From Octopus vulgaris (taxonomy: Eukaryota): DNA of 64,000 nt. Location: contig OX597825.1 of the NCBI GenBank assembly GCA_951406725.2, positions 26,226,001 through 26,290,000 of the forward strand. The letters are read 5' to 3'. The translations under genes and the position numbers were made by a program. Below the pieces are notes generated by a model. That model made no database searches, had not been told where the DNA came from, and was given only the letters and a program-made list of their open reading frames with translations. Of this stretch, positions 40,235 through 54,629 are shown piece after piece. Position 1 is the first letter of the stretch. Each line of letters opens with the position of its first letter.

Positions 40235-41498
40235 AAGAGAGGGACGGTCTCCGTGTATGTGAATATATATTTACACACACTCGCTACGCCATTGCACTTC
40301 CATATATAATTTGTTAATTTGCATTCGCTTTATTCATTTCTTTCTATCTTTGAGTAAGATTATTTACTTTATTTCATCTAACTCACTATATTTGACTATG
40401 GACGATGGCTAATATAATATCCTGGAGATTTGCTTCGATTAACGTAATATTATTACGATTTAACCACCGACCCTTTCAAACTGACATTAAAGAAATAATT
40501 ACAGGTTTATATCTGAGACTGGGCGTATGTAGGTGTGATTGTGTATTAAAGCGTCGGTGCGTTTATTTGCGAATATGAAGGCATTTCTGTGTGTATGCTT
40601 GAGAAAAGTGAAAATACATATTTTGTAAATAAATTTCTTTTGTACGTGTAATTAGATTGGTTAATATAAGAACCAAACAAATTTGGGGAGAAAAATCAAC
40701 AATTTAAGAAGACCAAAGCATAAAAATTTACAAAGTTTTATATTAATAGAAGCAAAGAACCTTTTGAAAAATTTTATTACAGAAAATTGCAAAATTCCAA
40801 TAAACTTAGAAGTATGTGTGTAATAAACATAAAACTTACAGAGTTAAAATCATTAAGTTTCTTAACCTGCGGAATATATTTCATAAGAAACTTAGCAATA
40901 TCTTTTGTAATTCTACACAGATATTTTCTTTGTTGCTTTCGTTGATATTAATTTTTGTTTTTCATTTACAAATTTGTATTGATTGATACCTTTCACAAAT
41001 TTGCATTGATGTTGCAGAATACCTTGCCTAGCTTTTATTTTCGAAATATGCAATTAAATGCTTTTTTGTTGAAACAAACACTATTTATATATAAATGCGT
41101 ACATGTTTAAATCTGTACCTCATACATGCATGCATTGGTAGATACATGCACGCATACACACACGAATATACGCATATATGGGAAATAGAGAGACAGAGGA
41201 GACATGGATAAATTAGATGAAAGAAATGCATTACTATAGACAAATACTCATATATATATATTGAAATGGACACTTGTACGCACAATAATTTCAAAGTATG
41301 GGTATGTATGTATGTATGTATGTATGTTCTGTGTGTATGTGTGTGTGCGAACATAAAAACATATATACATATATGTCAGTGAATTGAATACTAAGCAGAT
41401 TGCAAAAAATATACATGAAATTTTGCCATTGTTTAAAACGCTTTAACCCATTGATTACAGACACAAGCACACGCACGGAAGCACGTACAATCAATGGA

Positions 41499-41555
<57 letters not shown>

Positions 41556-41816
41556 AAGAAAGAAAAAAAGAAAACTTATTAACTTCTCAAAAGTGTTATT
41601 TGCATATATTTTTGATTATGCCTCCCCAACAATTACTGTTGCTGAATTAGATTTTATCTAGATAAGAAAAAAAATGAGAAGTGAGGAGAAAGATGTAATT
41701 GAAAATCCGATGAATAATGGTGATGTCTTTTGAAACTCTTACTTCAATTTATTTTACATGTTAAATAGAAAGAGAGAGAAATGGTAAAGGAACATTTATC
41801 TGCTTATGTGCTGCTG

Positions 41817-41923
<107 letters not shown>

Positions 41924-42127
41924 TTTTCATCCATCCATTTAGCTATCTATTTACCTATATATGTATGCTTACATATATAATATAATGAATATATATATAC
42001 ATGCATATACATATATATGTAAATATATATATACACAGATTTTATTGATATACATGTATACGTACACAAACACACACACACATATATATGTATACATGTT
42101 GAGATATTTATCTATGAATATATTATT

Positions 42128-42169
<42 letters not shown>

Positions 42170-42514
42170 AATGCATGTGTCAATCTATAAATGTGAGCTT
42201 GTGTGTGCATGTAAGGGAAAGAGAAATAGGGAGGTTGTAAATAATATATCTTTATATTTAAAACAAGAATCTTCTTATTAACATCCATACTTTAAAAGGA
42301 ACTATGCAATTCTCGTAAAGCCACTTCTGTTTGAGAATCCATGTTTACAATGAGAATATTTGAATATAGGAATTTTGTGTTCGTTTTTCAAGATTTCTCG
42401 GAGTGGAGCAGGTAACACAGCAATCATGTTATATCTATCATCTTCCTTTGCTATAATTGCTGTTTCTGCTTTTCTGATTCGTTTTTAGTCCTGCTGCTTT
42501 TTATATATCCCTGT

Positions 42515-42780
42515 TTATTTGTTTATTGCCCGCAAGGGGCTAAACATAGAGGCAACAAACAAGGACATACAAAGGGATTAAGTCGATTACATCGACCCCA
42601 GTGCGTAACTGGTACGTTATTAATCGACCAGGAAAGGATGAAGGGCAAAGTCGACCTCGGAGGAATTTGAACTCAGAACGTAACGGCATACGAAATACCT
42701 ATTTTTTTACTACTCACAAGGGGCTAAAACCAGAAGGGACAAACACGGACAAACGGATTAAGTCGATTATATCGAACCCA
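42515..42780 (-). mobile_element. SINE family C (Meta-domain-like core), partial tandem copy
   Basis: Reverse complement contains gttctgagttcaaattcc.ccgaggtcgactttgcc.ttcatcctt..ggtcgat. The tail tttgtcc...tttagcccct is duplicated. Confidence 0.8.
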
Positions 42781-42789
42781 CTAGGTAAC

Positions 42790-43012
42790 TTGGACTTCTT
42801 TAATACGCTACAATCTTATTGCTGGTCCCATCCTAGGTCTCTTAGCCGCCGTCTCGGCCTGAAGAATCCGTGTTGCAATTCAATCCTGTGGAATTCTAAT
42901 CACATGTTTGTAGTACTGGAGAAGCGGGGTGTCGACCTGTTGACGCTCACTCATCCATAATCGAGTGACTTCACACCAGAGATCCTTCTGAGGAACTCCA
43001 TTTCTTCGCTTG
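42790..43012 (-). mobile_element. RTE-type LINE 3' coding remnant
   Basis: EMEFLRRISGVKSLD; LLQYYKHVIRIPQD*IATRILQAETAAKRPR (cf. AEMxFLRRI...LRWxGHVxRM...GxRxRGRP). Confidence 0.75.
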
Positions 43013-43070
43013 AAAATGGTTAGAATAACGATCATCATAAGTGTCGTCATTTTTATTGATACAATGAACG

Positions 43071-43292
43071 TTAAGGCGGTGATCTGGCAGATTCGTTATC
43101 AAGCCGGACGAAATGCTTAGTGGTATTTCGTCTGTCTTTACGTTCTGAGTTCAAATTCTGTTCAGGTCGACTTTGTCTTTCATCCTTCCGTGGTCAATAA
43201 ATTAAGTACCAGTTGCGTACTACGGACGATAAAATCGAATAGTCCTCCCCCACCAATTTTCAGGTTTTGTGCCTATAGTAGAAAGGATTATT
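43071..43292 (+). mobile_element. SINE family C, full-length
   Basis: aaggcggtgatctggcagattcgtta...gttctgagttcaaattc (B box)...gtcgactttgtctttcatccttccgtggtcaataaattaagtaccag...gtgcctatagtagaaaggattatt. Confidence 0.85.
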
Positions 43293-44537
43293 GTCGGGAA
43301 CGTCATTGTTAATTTCACCTTTGTATTACTCTTCCGTTCATCGTTGACCTTTTTAAAGTTTATCTTGTAATACTAACCTAGAGTTCCTAATCCATAACTA
43401 TTATAAATACACATCGCATTTTATATTTTAAAATTCTTATATATGAGTAAATGTTGGAAACTTTAAAATCACTTTTTCCTTTCGACAAACTCGTTGTACA
43501 TTTTAGCGCGCTTCTTCTGCCGCTGGCACAGTAGATTATATAAATATGAATAATACATCTACTTCTTTGTGTACTATATTGCAAATAATACATATAAACT
43601 ATATATTATCTCTGAATAATTCATTGAAGATTATATTACGCTGGAGAATAGATTTAACTATCGTAGCACTGTAAACCATTCAAGAAAATTAACATAAATT
43701 TGAAGTAATGTGCATGCAGCTTTACTGATATTTTAATTAATATTGTAGGATGTTGGAATTTTAATTAAGTGCATACGCCCAATTAAATAAATTAATTAAA
43801 TTACGTGACCTTCCTGATATTCTTAATCAAGTACATATAGATACTTGGATAATTGAATTTACAATGTGGTGTTGTAGATAATACAGTCAACTGTATCAAT
43901 AATTATAGCGACATCGATTAATTCCATGTGATCTTAACTCAAGAGTTTATTAAGAGTTTTATATCAAGATTTTACTATTTTTATTTTTTAAAAATACTAA
44001 CTATAATGTAAGATATTGCCAACCTGATGCAGTCTATGTTTAACTATGGATGTTTAGAGGTAAATAATTAGGACAAGTCTTATATATCTTAGAGTGACCC
44101 AGCTCTTGCACCATAGGAATTGTGTGGCAATATTATAAACTCGTAATAGATTCGTTAATTTCATACTGCACGACATGTTACAGAATAAAGTTTTTTATCT
44201 GTTGTGCCTACTTAAAGTGAAGTTGATTGGGCTGTTTGAACCGAAAATAATTCGGCTAGGCGATGTTGTGATTATTTTTTGAAAAGTACTTTGAACGTTG
44301 ATGTTATATGATTAACGTCAACGTGCGCATCCAACTGAGGAATGCGAACTTAGAAATATCCTATATTTTTACTGAAGTTCTCTTAACATGTAAAGTACAG
44401 TTAGTTTAACTGATATTCCTTTCTGAATGTTCACTCAATTTAGACCTTAAGCTAAGAACGAGATCTAATTATCAATTCAAATGAAACAAAACCAATTAGG
44501 TAAGTCCCAAATTGATCTCTCTTTCTCTCACTCTCTC

Positions 44538-44589
<52 letters not shown>

Positions 44590-44627
44590 TTATATGAATA
44601 TATGTGTGTATGTATGTATAGGTGTAT

Positions 44628-44692
<65 letters not shown>

Positions 44693-44785
44693 TAAAATAT
44701 CTCTATCTAATCTTTCTACCTATCTATCTATCATCTGTCTATATATGCATATATGTGTGTGTACATATATGTATATATGTATATA

Positions 44786-44848
<63 letters not shown>

Positions 44849-44858
44849 TTGAGTACAT

Positions 44859-44890
<32 letters not shown>

Positions 44891-45658
44891 TTATGTAAAT
44901 TACTCTAACTGCTAATGAACTGCGGTAGTTCTGAGAATTTCAGCTTCATTAAGGCTAGTGTTAATACATTGCATTATCAACGAACACAATTCGATTACCA
45001 TGTTTCGCTTTTCATTTTCCTCTAACGTTCGATGTCTTTGAAGAAACTTTTTCTCTTCTTTTGAAGCTACGCTTATAGTAATATAACCGTCCATTAGTTT
45101 GATTGTTTTTCTGTTGTTTGAAAACTTAATTTGTCATGGCATGTATAACCTTGATTGGAAATGTTCCTTTCTAGTTTTTCGTATCTGCTTGCCCTAAAAC
45201 TACAAACTGAGATAATATCTTTCCTAAAGTATTAAGTTTGGAACGTAAAATCGTGTGAGCAGTTACTAAATAATAGTGTATATTTTTAGACTCCTCAGAA
45301 GAATGGGAGCACAACTGTAGACTTACTTATTCAGGTGCTTGCATAAAATATTTTAGTGTTTCGAATTCTTTTTAAGTTTCATCTCAGTCACAAAATATAC
45401 TTTTACTCGTTCTTTTGGTTCTTCAATTTGTTGTTGCTTTATAAGCCATTTCGAGGTCAAAGAGGCTATGTGCCTTTTGTGGTTAATTTTAGGTGACAAA
45501 ATATTGTCCGGAGAAATTTAAATCGATGCAGAATCATATATTACTGCAGGATCTGATAATAACAGCTAAAACATTTCCCATAAAAAGGCACCAAATAAAC
45601 AATGGTTGTATATCTATTATCGAACAATTTCGATTGAGATACCTTATAACAGAGTAAG

Positions 45659-45975
45659 TTGGAGGCGCAATGGCCCAGTGGTTAGGGCAGCGGACTCGCT
45701 GTCGGAGGTTCGCGGATTCGATTTTCAGACCGAGCGTTATGTGTGTTTATTGAGCGAAAACACCTGAAAGCTCTACGAGGCTCCGACAGGTGGTGGTGGT
45801 GACCCCTGTTGTACTGTTTCGCCATAACTTTCTCTCACTCTCTCTTCTTGTTTCTTGAGTAACGCTGCGATGGACTGGCGTCCATTCCAAACTGGAGGGG
45901 GGGGCATATACGCCACAGAAACCGGGAAACCGGGTCCATGAGTCTGGCTAGGCTTGAAAAGGGCGAAGTTTATCG
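45659..45975 (+). mobile_element. Full-length SINE (family A head, alternative tail) with 15-bp TSD
   Basis: Head is almost identical to the 33597-33980 element. TSD ttataacagagtaag at 45644-45658 and 45976-45990. Confidence 0.92.
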
Positions 45976-45989
45976 TTATAACAGAGTAA

Positions 45990-46150
45990 GGCAACGAGGT
46001 GGCATAATCGTTACAACGTTTTAGCGGCTCTTCTTCCGACATTATGTGTGAAGTGCAAATGCTGCAGGAGTCGAATTTGCCATTCAGGAATGAAGTCGAT
46101 TTACCCTACCCTTAGGAAAGATCTGGACTTGTGCCAAATTTTGAAAGAAG
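45990..46150 (+). mobile_element. Degenerate SINE family C copy
   Basis: ggcaacgaggtggcataatcgtta...gtcgaatttgcc...cttgtgccaaattttgaaag. Confidence 0.5.
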
Positions 46151-46249
46151 TATGGTATAGCGGAAGTAATGAGCGTGGATAGAACACTTCCTAAATGAAA
46201 AATACACTTCGTTACATTCAGTAGATTAAATTCAATCAACTATTTTTTT

Positions 46250-46645
46250 CTATTCTAGTCACAAGGCCGGAAATTCTGATGGGATGGGGAGCCAGTGTAT
46301 TAGATCGACCCTAGTATGCAACTGCTACTTAATTTATCGAACCCGAAAGGATGAAAGGCGAATTCGACCTCGGCGGAATTTGAGCTCAAAACGTATAGAC
46401 AGACGAAATACCTATTTCTTTATTACCCACAAGGGGCTAAACATAGAGGGGACAAACAAGGACAGACAAAGGTATTAAGTAGATTACATTGACCCCTGTG
46501 CGTAACTGGTACTTAATTTATCGACCCCGAATGGATGAGAGGCAAAGTCAACCTCGGCGGAATTTGAACTCAAAACGTGAAGACAGACGAAATAACGCTG
46601 AGCATTTCGCCGAACGTGCTAACGTTTCTGCCAGCTCGCCGGCTT
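46250..46645 (-). mobile_element. SINE family C dimer
   Basis: Reverse-complement head gccggcgagctggcagaaacgttagcacg... and two copies of the core ccgccgagg.cga.tt.gcct.tcatcc.ttcggg.tcgataaattaagta.cag. Confidence 0.85.
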
Positions 46646-47341
46646 CAAATAAATATATATTACAAGTAGACATACAGACCAAAATGCAATTTGATATATA
46701 GTGATTAAAACACAGACTGAGGCAGCCAGAGAAAGACAACCCATTTGATGATGGTGCAGTTTACAGATTCATTTCTTACATCAAAAAATATTTTAATGCA
46801 CCCAACAACAGGCCGTCACAACTATGGAAATGTATTAAATTCACTCAGCATATATGATTCGTACTTATGCGAATAAACATGTTCTTAACGCTATTAACAA
46901 TATTTTAGCATCTGTTACTTGAGCATATTCAAGATGTCTCGATATTTCACATAATACATCAGGACTCTAATAAATTCATAAACAGTGTTATTGTTGATAT
47001 GAACGTATTGAAATTATGGAAGACTAAATTATTTTAAAATATTTTCTTTTATTAATATATTTTTATTTTCAAAACTATCTTCCATTTTCTTTTTTAATAT
47101 AAGCACCATTCATTATGAAGAATATATACGTGTATGTATTATATCTAAGTAATATTTCCGGGTATTATATTGGGCGACAAAGCTGCATACATGTCTATTC
47201 GTCTGTCTGTCTGTCTATCTTTGTCTCGTTCTCTAACTATCTATGTCTACCTACCAACCTACATATGTATGTATGTATCTATATATCTTTGTTTCTATCT
47301 GTCTATCTGTCTCTCTCTCTGTTTAACTACCTTTTTGACCG

Positions 47342-47382
<41 letters not shown>

Positions 47383-47708
47383 ATATCTATCTATCTATCT
47401 GTCTGTCTATCTATCTATGTAAGTTTATTGTCAAGATATGAAACATCCCATAAACTGATGCCTTTTCTACAGAAACGCATTCTCTTATGAGTAGTCCATG
47501 AAGACTGAATAAAAGCACTGGAGACACACTGTCTCATTTTGCGCCATTATTTGTATCCGAGTCTGAATACACGTGGCTCGAAGCTTAATCGGCTCTGCGA
47601 TAGGCGATATAACCTATTCACTATCGCTGCCGACAGAAAGTATACAGTGCTATGCATATTGATGTTAACATTTCTTTCTCGATGTTCGTATAATAACTCC
47701 TGTAAGTA

Positions 47709-47903
<195 letters not shown>

Positions 47904-47914
47904 TATATACGCTT

Positions 47915-48320
47915 TTAGTTGTTTTACTTGACTGCGGCCAAGCTGGAGCACCGCCTTATTTGAAGAAATCGACCCCAGGACTTATTGTTTGTAAGCCTAG
48001 TACTTATTCTATCGGTCTCTTTTGCTGAACCGTTAAGTTACGGGGACGTAAACACACGAGCATCGGTTGTCAAGTGATGTTTGTGTGTGTGTTTGTGTGC
48101 GGGGTGGCAAACACAGATACACAAAAATACATACATATATATATACATATACACAACGGGTTTCTTTCATTTTCCGTCTACCAAATCCTCTCACAAGTAT
48201 TTGGTCGTCCCGAGGCTATAGTAGAAGGCACTTGCCCAAGTTGCCACGCAGAGGGACTGAACCCGGAAACATGTGGTTTGTAAAGAGGCTACTTACCGCA
48301 CAGCCACTCTTTTGCCTATA
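47915..48320 (-). mobile_element. SINE family B copy
   Basis: Colinear with 11277-11713 (gctggagcaccgcct, agtacttattctatcggtctcttttgc, gaggctatagtagaag.cact.gcccaag, gggactgaacccggaa). Confidence 0.9.
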
Positions 48321-49351
48321 TATATATTCGCCGCCCGCACGCAACTTTGCCTGTGTACATTCACTGAAGCTTTACACTGCGTTGTACAGTTAGCGACTGC
48401 TATTCCCTAGCAACCATCGGTGACTTGTGCCACTATCTCCTATACACACACACATATACATACAGACATACATACATTCAAACATATAGATATATGTTTA
48501 TATATATATATATTCGCTTTTTGATAACAGATTTATGCATCCGATTTATGATACACAGTCAATCTATGTCAACGTCATAAATTCCTAGCATTTAGATTAC
48601 ATAAAAGGAAAACAAAATCTCTCATATAAATAAAATGAGAGGAATTATTTTTGTCAAAGTATAAGCAAGGTGAGACACAGATATTAAACGAACCGTGGTA
48701 ATAGATTTTTTAAAAGGAAGATGACAACTGATAAAAGATAAAAATACTTAAATTAAAACGATGTGTCTGAAAAACAAAATCTAATATCTATGTAAAAACG
48801 ACTTAATTTTTTTTATATTGCATTCACATCTGCATAATAAAATACAATAAATACGGCAGATACCTTATCATAAATAGTTATCACTTGTAAGATGTAATCT
48901 TATATTACCAATATTACATATCATTGATTCGTGATTGCTTACATAATAAATTCTTAATATCATTGATCAATTATTCACACACTTTTAGATGATTCATTTT
49001 TTTTCTTCGTTGAATTAATTTCATAACTTGTACTTTCTAATCAATACACCGATTTGAAGAAATAGAAAAAAAGAATTTTAACGGAGAATTCATAGGTGTA
49101 AAATTTAATTTGCATCATATTCAAAATGCGGTTATAATTGTAGTAAAGGTAAAAAAAAAAGACAAACAAGAAGTTTATTACTGCTCTGAACAACATATTT
49201 GCGTATATAGGTATTTACCAATTCACCAATATCTAAACAGACATATATACACGGATATACCGACGTAAAAACATGTATATATAAGATATACACGTATAAA
49301 TATTTGAGTGTGTTTAAGTTCATGTGTGTGTACAAACACACACACACACGC

Positions 49352-49407
<56 letters not shown>

Positions 49408-49465
49408 ATTAAAAGCATGTATATTTAAGATACACACGTATAAATATTTGAGTGTGTTTAAGTGC

Positions 49466-49518
<53 letters not shown>

Positions 49519-49589
49519 AATATTCTATAATTATAATCAATGGACAGCTAATTGCTTCGCCACGCACCGAATTTAGAAATACCAGTTAA

Positions 49590-50110
49590 AATAGCAATTC
49601 CGCTACGATAAATATCTTCTAGACTGCAACAGACTCTTTTTTCGTAGGTAAAGAGAAAAAAGAATTGTGCCCGCTAAATGGAGCTTGCATATTTGGTCTT
49701 TAAGAGATAAAGGTGTCGATTATAACATACAATGGAAGATTTTGGCCAGATGTAAGCCCTATACTAACGGCAGCGGAAGGTGCGGTTTATGCGACATGGA
49801 GAGATGGCTTATCCTGTGTGTTAAAAGCAGCAGCAGTTAGACCCTACCACATGTCTAAATACAAGGACAAGAATGGATCATGCCCACATGTGACTAAATT
49901 TTAATTACGTTTTAATGGTCCCCTAAAGAAAACGGATAGAACATGCTTTCTGTGTTATGTCCCAAGAAGATTTTATATATTTTTATATGCGTTTTTATAT
50001 ATTTTTATGTATTTTTATATAGAATTTTTATGACGAAAAATGCGAGCGATGTATAAGTACGCAGGCAAAGCAGAGTTATAACAGAGTAATTTCCCTTCAT
50101 TTTTAACGGT
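49590..50110 (+). mobile_element. Penelope-like element GIY-YIG remnant plus 3' UTR
   Basis: KELCPLNGAC (CxC...CPxxGxC linker), then HIWSLRDKGVDYNIQWKILARCKPYTNGSGRCGLCDMERWLIL...GSCPHVTKF (typical PLE endonuclease C-terminus). Confidence 0.85.
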
Positions 50111-50223
50111 ATTTTTTCATAACGTTTTCAATATAGCCAGATAACCGAAGAGATATGTTGTGGATTTCCACTTCGGCATCTGAAATCAGAGTTTTATCTT
50201 GACTACCAAGTAATGTAATTCAT

Positions 50224-50277
<54 letters not shown>

Positions 50278-50524
50278 CATATAAGCATATACATATACAT
50301 ATATATACATATACTCACATATATAGATAGGTAGATAGTTATATATACGTATTTATTCTATATGTAATAATCTGTATTTTATATGGTTTACTATATTCTT
50401 GCAGTGAACTCTTGCGTTGCAACATATTTTGTTGTATCTCCGAAAGGTTATTAAGTAATACGAAACACATGCACTGCTGCCAGTTTTTATTATTGTCACA
50501 TCGACTCTCACACAAAGAATATTT

Positions 50525-50586
<62 letters not shown>

Positions 50587-51623
50587 TTATACTGGTATAT
50601 GTATTTAAATGATAGAACCTATAATCCAAATAGATGCAGACAAAACAGTGTTAAGTAATGCAGTACTATTTTCATTTTTGGCAGCTTGAGACATTTTTTC
50701 TAGTTTTCTTCTCACGGAAGGAAAGAAAAATCTTTGATGGAAGTTTTCAGTAACTATTATTCACATTTCAAACACAAAGATCTGATACTGAGCTATGAGG
50801 AAATTCACAGGTTCTCTAGTGTAAAATACTTTCTATTTTCTTTCGTTGGTGTTCTGACAATATGTGGCAATAAGACAGGCAATGTAAGTTTGTCTAGAGT
50901 ACGCGATCATTTCCTCTCTGAACCACATGAAAATATTAGGGAAGATGACGTAACTCTTCAAGAGACTGAGTGCCACGGATTTAAAACGAGATATGACAAA
51001 TCTATTGAGTAACTTGAGCTGATAATCAACATTTTTGGAAACAGTGTATATGTGTGTGACTTGGATGGGAGCATGTGTGCATAAGTTCCTACGAGCAATA
51101 TCATGGTTGGGGAAACTATACTCAACATATTTCTTGGTCTTATTTGGTCAGAAGTAAATGTTCTTATGGAACGGCTTTTGATGATAATATGGATTATATA
51201 TTTATATATTTAATTTAACCAGACAAATGTTTCTGTCGCAAATGACTATATTTACGGTATACAATTGAAGAATGGGTATTTCGACAAAAGTAATACACGT
51301 TATATTATATCATTCAGAACTCATCAAGTGATAATAATAAGATATTTAAACATTGAAATTCAGTACCTTTAGATTTATTTATTCTGTTTATTTTATATTA
51401 AATTCCTCTTCTAACTAATTTATATTTTCTTCATTTCACTCGCCAATTCAAATTCAGAACTGGAACTTACAGGCGTAACTTTATTAGTATTCAATTCCTT
51501 TCATTCGTCCGATTACCTACTCATTACACACACCAAGATTATCTAATTAATCATCGCCCTCGATTCACCCTTATTCGCTGGTCTAAAGGACATGCATATG
51601 TATCTCTTGAAATATCATATAAG

Positions 51624-51662
<39 letters not shown>

Positions 51663-51698
51663 AACAATATCTTATTTAACATTTTATTAACTGCCATC

Positions 51699-52565
51699 TA
51701 GCATTTCTAATATACGCTTTTAACCCCGTGTTTAATTAAACAAATTAATATAAGCTCAATCGATAGTTTTTTTCCTGTTCTTTACATGTAATATATTCAA
51801 TTAATTCGGAATGTTATTATTTAATTGCATTATTTTTAAATTAATAGCTTGATCTATGAATTTAAATATATCATTCATTTAGTCGTTCTATTTACGTAAA
51901 TATATGTATTTTACCATTCTATGATTCTAAGCCTACATTTCGGATAAGTATATTCCTTTCGTAATTGGCGCAAACCAAATATATTTATTTACCTTGTCGA
52001 TATATACATTTCAATAAAATAAGGTATTTCCTTAATTTCAATTATATCAATACCCCAGTATTAGTATTATGTATTATTAAAAAAGATTGTGTTTTAGATC
52101 AATATATTAATCATTTCACTTATATTACCATATTCAATATAAAGTGAGATAATATTTCATATTTTTTCAAATAGATTTCATCGTTAATTCCAGTTATCAC
52201 TTGTTTGTCTCTGCCGCAAAGAGGGTATAATAGTGGATTGTTTTGGTATGATAAATTAATAACTAATTTTCACGCTATTATATACCTATATATGACGCTT
52301 CGATATTTATAATAAAATCTGAAATAAATTACTAGTTTTATCCTTATATACATATGTATATGTATATGTATATATGTATATATATATGTATGTATATATA
52401 TATATATATATATATATACAAACATATATGCATATATATATATGTATAAGTATATATATATATATATGTATATTTATATATATACAAATATATGTTATGT
52501 ATATATATATATGTATATATATGTATATATATACTTATACTTATATATATATATGCATATATGTT

Positions 52566-52602
<37 letters not shown>

Positions 52603-53273
52603 CATATATATATATACATATATACATATACATATACATATGTATATAAGGATAAAACTAGTAAATTTATTTAGATTTTATTATAAATTTCGCAGCGTCA
52701 TATATAGAAATATAATGACGTGAAAATTAGTTATTAATTTATCATACCAAAACAATCCACTATTATACCCTCTTTGCGGCAAAGACAAACAAGTGATAAC
52801 TGGAATTAACGATGAAATCTATTTGAAAATTATGAAATATTATCTCACTTTATATTGAATATGATAATATAAGTGAAATGATTAATATATTGATCTAAAA
52901 CACAATCTTTTTTAATAATACATAATACTAATACTGGGGTATTGATATAATTGAAATTAAGGAAATACCTTATTTTATTGAAATGTATATATCGACAAGG
53001 TAAATAAATATATTTGGTTTGCGCCAATTACGAAATGTAGGCTTAAAATCATAGAATGGTAAAATACATATATTTACGTACATAGAACGACTAAATGAAT
53101 GATATATTTAAATACATAGATCAAGCTATTAATTTTAAAATAATTCAATTAAATGGTAACATTCCGAATTAGTTGAATATATTACATATAAAGAACAGGA
53201 AAAAACTATCGATTGAGCTTATATTAATTTGTCTAATTAAACACGGGGTTAAAAACGTATATGGGAAATGCTA
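51699..53273. repeat. Large palindrome / fold-back (arms of about 680 bp, TA-rich spacer of about 200 bp)
   Basis: 51699-52390 is the reverse complement of about 52600-53273. The ORF track independently gives nearly identical peptides at 51965-52147 (+) and 52845-53027 (-). Confidence 0.95.
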
Positions 53274-53526
53274 ATTCCGCTACCATAACTATCCTCTAGA
53301 CCGTAGCACACTCTTTTTTCGGAGGTAAAGAGAAAAAATAACGAAACCACACGACTTAGATTAGCTACATGCGAGTTTAGGGATTAGAGTAAAGTTATAT
53401 ATTTACTTACTTATTTCACATCATCAGTGCGGCATTTCAAATATAAATTTGAGAGTGTTAGAATTAAACCTATACGTGATCAAGCGCCATCGCATAACTG
53501 ATATTTAACTAGCACTTCCAAAAAAT

Positions 53527-53820
53527 ATACAGTCCAATGTGAACACATATTTATCCTCAAATACCCATGTGTGTTAAAAGTAATGCCGCAGAAACAGCAA
53601 TTTTCGATCATTGAGGACATACATACTTTTGGTCATTTGGGTCATTTCTGCATTTCTTCTAACTTTATATGATCTTTTGTTTCAGAATAGAATAATGTCA
53701 GACACTCATCTTACACAAGAAATAAAGAGGCATCCTGTTATTGTCGCTAAATGTGCTGAGCATAGTGATTTATAGATATCTTGAACTTTGAAATTTGCTA
53801 GATCTTCCGTCTACAATGTT
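53527..53820 (+). mobile_element. Tc1/mariner 5' remnant (transposase HTH start)
   Basis: tatacagt start, then MSDTHLTQEIKRHPVIVAKCAEHSDL*IS*TLKFARSSVYNV (paired-type HTH-like pattern). Confidence 0.55.
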
Positions 53821-54580
53821 TGAGTATGTTATAAGTATATTTTATATGATAAAGTATATGTATATGTGTATGTATAGACATGGGAATATACATAATATGT
53901 ATAGAGTTATATACCTATGAACATATATATGGAATTGGGTGTGTTCCCGTTTTCATGGGAACATATTGGTTATAGATATGTGTATATTTATATCAGTGTA
54001 TGTGAATAATTATGAATTGAATATGGGTTTATATAATTAGTATAAAATATACTTCTATATAGAAAGTATAATATAAAATATCTATATTGTTTGAGTGTAT
54101 TATAAGTATATGAACGTTAATATTTCTGGGGCAAAATAATATATGCAATTATATAAGCATAAAGTTAATGAATGAAGAAATAACCCATCTTATTGGATAA
54201 CAATAATTAATATTGATATATATTTATAATTGAAGAAGAAATCTTCTCTAATATGTTATGAATTTGGGGCTATGTAGCATACAAATTTACATTATGTTGA
54301 GGAAATGCATTTATTTTTCATATTGTAGTGCTTAATGTAATTAGGAATGGTATTGTGTAATATAGGTGTATATATATATATGTAAGTGTATTTGATACGT
54401 ATAAGTGCGCACATGGTTACCAGCTCAATATGATGTATACATATTATTGGGAGTGAGATCGAATATATGACCTCATATACTAGTATGTTTATATATTAAA
54501 ACTTTATTGCTAGTTAATAAGCACATACGTAAATGTATCTATATGTGAATAGAGAAGTATGTATGAGCATATATAACAAA

Positions 54581-54613
<33 letters not shown>

Positions 54614-54629
54614 TAACACACACATACAT

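Noticed and set aside
49272-49463. 48-bp direct repeat flanking a (CA)n tract (possible TSD or LTR)
   Set aside because: Best explained by local slippage duplication in low-complexity sequence; no element lies between the copies.
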